Assembly: GCA_013265495.1 (NCBI GenBank)
Contig: MU058009.1
Coordinates: 62,001 to 126,000, forward strand
DNA from: Vicugna vicugna
Lineage: Eukaryota
DNA: 64,000 bases
Direction: 5' to 3'
Shown one piece after another: positions 31,949-64,000 of this stretch. The translations under genes and the position numbers were made by a program. Each line of letters starts with the position of its first letter. Positions within the stretch are counted from its first letter, which is position 1. Below the pieces are notes generated by a model. That model did no database searches. It worked only from the letters and a program-made list of their open reading frames with translations, and had not been told where the DNA came from.

Positions 31949-34900
31949 CAGTAGTTATAGCCTGTTTTCCTCTTTCCTTTCTCTTCTTGTTGAGTTCTGA
32001 GGACCTGAGAAGTAAGGCAGGGAGATGAACCTTGAGTCTCGTTAGATGTCAGATTTGGGGGGAGCCCAAATGTATCGGAGGTCTTCACCTCTTCAAGTGA
32101 AGGGATTGCAGGGTTGGGAGCAGGTTGAGGAGACCACAGTCCTGTCTAGGAGTTAGCACAGAGGGATATGACAAAGGTTTTTAGGGAAGAATGAACTTTG
32201 GGAGCCAGATTTCAGGTTCCCAGGCAAGACCAACAGTTTAAAGAACTACACCCCTCGACAGAGACACTGCTTCATCAAGAATCTTGTGAGACTGGGAGGG
32301 TGGAGTTGGCGGAGGGAATGAGAGAAATCACCCCAGGGGATCGAAGTTGGAATTACTGAACAAAGCTGTTCCAGAACTGTCTATTATTCTGAGGTTTCCT
32401 AAAACTCTATTTACGTACACCACCAACCTTAACACTTAAGGAGTGTCTTCACTTGCTTAAAAATCTGTTTCTCTCCTGAGGAAAAATGTCAGAGAACAAG
32501 TTACAGTTTGGTGGGGAGATTCTCTCCAGTTTGGTTCTTTTTCTCTGTAGATTTCTGTTCGACTCGTGGCCCTGCATGGCAAGAGAGCTAGAGAAACTTT
32601 TAAATAAAGTCAGGTAGGAAATTTTATCTGACAGTCCTGCTGTAGAAGTCCTGAATCCTCATCTGTATCCCTTGATCTCGAATGCCTTCTTCACTGCGTA
32701 TTTCTCCCAAGTGCAGTGCCCACTATGTCCTTGGGCAGCAAGGCCCTGGCCCTTTAATTTCTTTACGAAGGTGGTCAAGATGGTATCTCAAACTTAGTCC
32801 ACTTGAACCTGTCTTTGCCTAATTGAGGGTGACTTTCAGGGATGAACCCCTATATTCAGCTCCTATCCTGAGTTGTACTTACCCTCTTGCATAATGGGGA
32901 GTAGATTTCAGAGGGGGTCCATTGAATAAGAACCTGATTCTCCCACAGAAGACCTGTTTCCTGAGACTTCCTTTACCTTGTCTTTGAACATTGCATAACT
33001 CACATTTACCACAAAGGAGACAGCTCTAGGGGAGCATTATGGGAATGTTCTCAGCATCCCAAGATATGACCTAGGGCCACAGGAGGGAAGAGGATCCCCT
33101 CGCATGGCTGGGCTCCCTGAGCAGTGATCTCGAGGGAGACTTTCGGCCCAGGGGTTGAGGCCGTCCCAGCCCTGCGGGTGGGCGGAGCGGACTGTCCCAG
33201 AGAGGAGTTCTGGGAACGTGGCACGGCAGGCGGATATGGGCACCAGGGATGCCAACCACAATTCAACGACGCATCTTGTGAATGGCATGTGTTTACAAAA
33301 GGCCTTTTAAAGATGAGGGCGGTGGTAGGAGTGAAACCGCAGGGCCTTAGTCATGAAAGCGTTCAGTGTGTGCCCAAGACTTGGCCATTCGAGAGGCGCG
33401 GGAGACGGACCCAGGAAGAATGGCAGTTAGCGAGGGGAAGTGCGGGTGGTCCTCTCCCTGCATCACGAATGTATTCATCCAGGAAAACAAATCCTTATTT
33501 TCAGAAAGAGGAGTAGCTTGGAATTTTCTCATTTCCCCCAGTTTGTGACCTAGTTAGGAAGATGGAAACATAGGGAGTTGGGGAAAAGATTGGAGCCTTA
33601 CTGGGTATAAGAAGGAACTGTCAGAGCGAGGGAAGGTTTTATCAGTGACTCTCAGAGATCGCTCGTGGTTTTGCTGCTGAAGCTGCAAATAGCTGGTGTG
33701 TGGTTACATCTAAAAACAACGTCCATTAAGAGCCTTCTAAAAGGCTTTTTTAAAGGGGAAATAAAATGGAAGACTTGGTTGAGATGTCATTATGTCTGAA
33801 TGTTCATGTTTCTTTAAACAGACACCCAAAGTGGTATTGTAAATAAAAATAGATATGCAAATTAGGATCGTTTTATTTAAATATTTATACTTTTATTTTA
33901 ATAAAGAGTGTGTTTTCTAGGGCAACTTCCTAGAGAAGAAACTAATCACAGGGTCCCCCCTCGTCCTTCTTTGCTGGCACCGTCATAGACCGCTCACCAC
34001 ACCTGGGAAGGGCTGATGGGACTGGTGGAGCATGGGCCTTGTGATTTCAGTTCTGACCCCATCACAGAAAACGCCTCGCGCCGTGTGTGCCTCTCCAAGC
34101 AGGGAGTGAGAACTGGAGTTGCTGCGAGCTCCTTTTCTCCCGTCCTGAGAAATCCCCAAAGGGCTGCATCACGTTTGCTGTTATTTCCCCCAGACTTTCC
34201 TACTCCAGAAGCTCGAAGGCAGCTTCAAGGCCTGCTCCTTTACAGCGCTGGCTTCCAGTGCATCGGAGGCGGGTTTGATGCGGTGTGCTAGTGCTCAGTG
34301 TGAGACCGCTTCCTGTGCCGTGAAAGTTGAAGACGTGGTGGAAGTAACCCTGATCTTTCCAGACCGATAGAGAGCCTGAGAGTTAGACACTGGGCCCCCA
34401 TCCAGTGACTCGGAGCCAAAAATGAACTGCAAAGCTATCAGAAAACTGGATCCTGGCCTTGGGAGGGCTGGGGGTGATTTGATACACAGACGAGCTTTCC
34501 CAGGGAGCTGTGGTCTTTCCAGGTCATCTGGGGACTGGCGGGGGAGGGTGCCAGTCCTGCCCTCCCCCTGGAGCTGCAGCCGGCCCTTGCTCAGCCTGCC
34601 CCCGAGTGAGTCCCAGCTCATGGCCTTTGACGTTGGCCGTTTTCATCATGTTCTAGGATGAAAGTGGCCTGGGCTCGCACTGTAGGACGGAAGCATTTCA
34701 CGGGGGAAATCATGTGTGTTTAAATCTCTTGCTTGTCACTTGTTAGCTCTGTGACCTTGGGCTGGTCTTTTGGCTTCTTTAAGCCTCATTCCCTCGTCTG
34801 TACAACGGTAATGCTTTGTAGAATTGTGAGAATGAAGTAAGATTATAAATGTGAAGGACCCATTTCAGTTAATTTGAAATCACCTACAGGGGACTTCAGG

Positions 34901-36548
34901 GCGTCCCACTGCCTTCATTTTTTTTTTTAAACACTTCCCTTTACCAGCTTTTTTTCACCTTATTCCTGCATGAGAAGTAAGTGTTGCTGGAGACAACTGA
35001 GGCGTTGAGGAGTGCACATGGTGCCGTCCAGGCTCCTTCTCAACGTCTCAACATTCCAGAAGCCCCCAGAGCCTGCCACTTTCCCCCGTCTGTGCTCTCC
35101 TCTTTCGCCAGGGCCTCGCTTGCCGTCTCCTACCCCTTCGGCAGTCCTTTGCTGTGTTTGTGCCGTGGAGGGGGCTCAGGGGTGGACACCGGGTAGCCGA
35201 GTCCTGACTGCACTGCCCCTGTGCTCTCTGCCCATCTTCCACAATGTCCATACTCTTGCCCTGCGAGTGTCTGAGGCTCCCGAGGGAGAAGAGAGTTCTG
35301 TTCTCTGGGAGATGGGATTTCTTCCTGTTCCCCTGGTTATTCTGTGCCAGAACTTTGGGTCCCAAGAAGGAAAGGGTACCTCCATCCTATTATGAGAGCT
35401 GTGTGTGTGTGTGGCAGGGGCCCAGGGGCAAGGTAGGCTGTGGTGAGGAGTAGGAGGTAGATTCCCCCCCACCTCCAAGCTGGGGAGACCAGGAGAAATA
35501 AACAGACATATCACTTAGGTCATCCTCTTCCTTACTCTAGCACACCAAGGCCTTTGCATCTGCTCTTAGATCCTTATTGCTTGTTGGCAAAGGCAAAACA
35601 TGACAGGAAGGAAGATGGCTTGTCAGGATGAAGCTGCAGCACACGGGGCATCAGTGCTGCACGGGGAATGTTACCAGGAGCAGGACGTAGGGGTGGGGCG
35701 TACACATGTATTTCTTACCAGTTTCTACTCCCTCGGGCTTGGAGTCTGCAAAGGAAGATATCTAGGGAATGGAGGGTTTTGAAGCAATAGAAAGTATGAT
35801 GGAAGCAGAAAAATCCTCTGGCTGGAGGCACTGGAAAGGCTATGTATAGAATCTGTGGGGTGGGGTTGTCCAAGGAATCAACGTATGAACGAGACACAGC
35901 CTTCTGCGATGAAGGTTCTCTTGATGGGTAAGGGCTGCCGGGGAAGGTGGAGGAGATGGGTGGAAAGCTTAGGAGGAACCTCCAATGTCCGGGACAGTGT
36001 GGCTTCTCCAAAGTTCCTTGGGAATCCTGCTTCCTGAGCTAGCAGTCTTACTCGGCCCTGTTTATCCACCAGCCCATCTGCCCGCGCCACATCAAGGCTC
36101 CCACCAAAATGCGGCCATTCTTAGAGCATTATTTGAACCTCACATTAGAGTGTTGGGGTGCTTGGTGACAGGCTCTTTGAAGAGGGCCACCTCCCTTGAA
36201 CCCCCAGTGGAGGGAGCTACCCTTGCAGAATATTGCTGAGAGAAAGGCCTAGGAGGGCACCTCAAATGTGTAGTCTGAGCCCTTTGCCTCTGAGCTGTGT
36301 TTGGCATGAGTCAGGTGGTTGGTGTGTCCCTCTGGGTTGGGCACGTCCACCAGGACAGGAGTCTACCTGGAGGCTCTATTGCCACGAAAGCCAGGGCTAC
36401 CAGACGCCTTCACGATCTAGGAAAGCTGAATCAGAGCAGGGCAAGGAACCCTGGGTTCCCAAAGCGTACCCTGAGCCCTTGGGTTCTTCCTGGGGCTCTG
36501 CAGGAACAAAAGGTCAGAGTGGATCTGTTGGAGTAACGGCCCCAAACA

Positions 36549-36554
36549 TTTATT
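36549..36554 (-). terminator. KIRREL3 polyadenylation signal (AATAAA)
   Basis: TTTATT on +, ~1.0 kb past the stop codon. Confidence 0.75.
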
Positions 36555-37563
36555 CTCCAGTGGCGGGGAGGAGTGAGGAGCAGGTCTGCTGTCTCGCTTG
36601 CCCCGGGAGCCTTACTGAAGACAGGACCACGGTTCCTTGTGTGAATCCAGGCTCAGTGGAGAAGGCAGGTCTCAGCATCTTAAAGACCTGCCGTCCAGTC
36701 CCCTCAAACCCCACGTCTCCCGGGATACACTCCTTCCAGTGGCTGTTTCAAAAACCCTGACCAGAGAAGCTCTCACCCTCCTTATATTGACTCTGCATGT
36801 GCCGAGGAGAGGGGAGGGGTACATGAAGCAGGGGAGGTGGGGAGGCTCTGGGTCCCAGCCTGGGGAGGGGCCCCCGGGTGTCACACTCCCCCCTTTCCCT
36901 CCCTCTCCGTCCCAGACACCAGTCTCCACCTGGGCCAGTCCCACCTCAGAGTCCAGAGGCATCCAGTCCAAGGACAAAACTGCAAGAGTATGGACACAAA
37001 ACACCAAACAGATTGGGGGTGGGCTCCGGGCCAGCGTGGTGGCCGGGGCCGCTCTGGCTTCTCAGCCTCCGGGGTCTGGGCTGTGAGCAGCAGGGGCGCT
37101 GGGTTCTCTGGGGCAGCTCGGGGCGGGGAGCGCTTGACCCCCGGCTCCCCAGGGCTGTCTAGGAGCATAGGCACAGGGGAAGGGCTTGCGGTTCAGCAAG
37201 GGGTAGAGCTCATCGGGAGCCCGGAGCAGTTCCGTTAAAGCAGAGGTACAGCTGCCTCTAGTGCCTGTGGGGGGGCAGGCCGAGGAGGGGCCTCCAGGAG
37301 AGGGCCGGGGGCCGGGGCGCGCAGCACGGCACGAGGCGCTCAGCTGCGTCCTCTGACCACGGCCGCATCCTCACGCCCGGGACACACTGCGGCCCGGCCC
37401 GCGCTTGTGCTTGGTGGGGGCTGCGGAGGAGGGTGGTGGCCGAGGCCCTCGGAGCTGTCCTGGAGGCGGCTGGTTGTGGGGTCCTCTGCCGAGGACCCAC
37501 CGTGTCTGCAGAGCCAGCACGGCTGCGGCCCCCGCGGGCCTCCCCGCCCACGGTCCGGCGGCC

Positions 37564-63716
<26,153 letters not shown>

Positions 63717-64000
63717 TCAAGGCTGGATGTTGGGCTGAACAGCCAGCCAGGACGTAGGGCTGCCTGCGCATGCTGCCCACCTTCCAGCTTTAGTGAGAAC
63801 AAAAGACTTAAGAAAGGAGAGGGGAAGAGGGGGTGGGGGGGCAGGAGGGGGATGCGGACACTAAGCCCCGTTTAAATACAAACTTTCTGCCTTTGACATG
63901 TCTGTTCGTGCCTCTGTGTGTAAGGGTTCTGGTGTGTTTGTTACCTTGAAAGTGGCATTTACAGCCTGTCATCAGCTTAATCATCTCTGCTGTGTCCTGA

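Overview
Mammalian genomic DNA, almost certainly camelid (two tRNA-Ala-derived Vic-1-type SINEs). There is no prokaryotic content, and the supplied six-frame ORFs are mostly GC-rich noise. Two convergent intron-containing genes are present. (1) ST3GAL4, a beta-galactoside alpha-2,3-sialyltransferase, on +: ten coding exons at 20788-27804 splice with canonical GT-AG sites into an intact 1002-nt, 333-aa CDS, with a polyA signal near 28368. The first ~20 kb is presumably its long 5' intron. (2) The 3' part of KIRREL3 (NEPH2) on -: eleven coding exons from 63484 to 37564 covering Ig3-Ig5, the TM segment and a cytoplasmic tail ending in the PDZ motif THV, with AATAAA at 36549-36554. Repeats include L1, L2, MIR, MaLR and ERV1 LTRs, Tigger1 and hAT MERs. 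Best leads: an orphan NRF1/GC-box/RFX CpG island between the two 3' ends with exon-like segments downstream; a repeat-poor cluster of minus-strand exon-like segments at ~2.2-6.4 kb (possible nested antisense gene or decayed gene); a TSD-flanked chimeric retro-insertion in an ST3GAL4 intron; a SINE with an inverted B-box; and a KIRREL3 alternative terminal exon that appears to have lost its stop codon. Repeat family names and comparisons with human come from memory, not from database searches.
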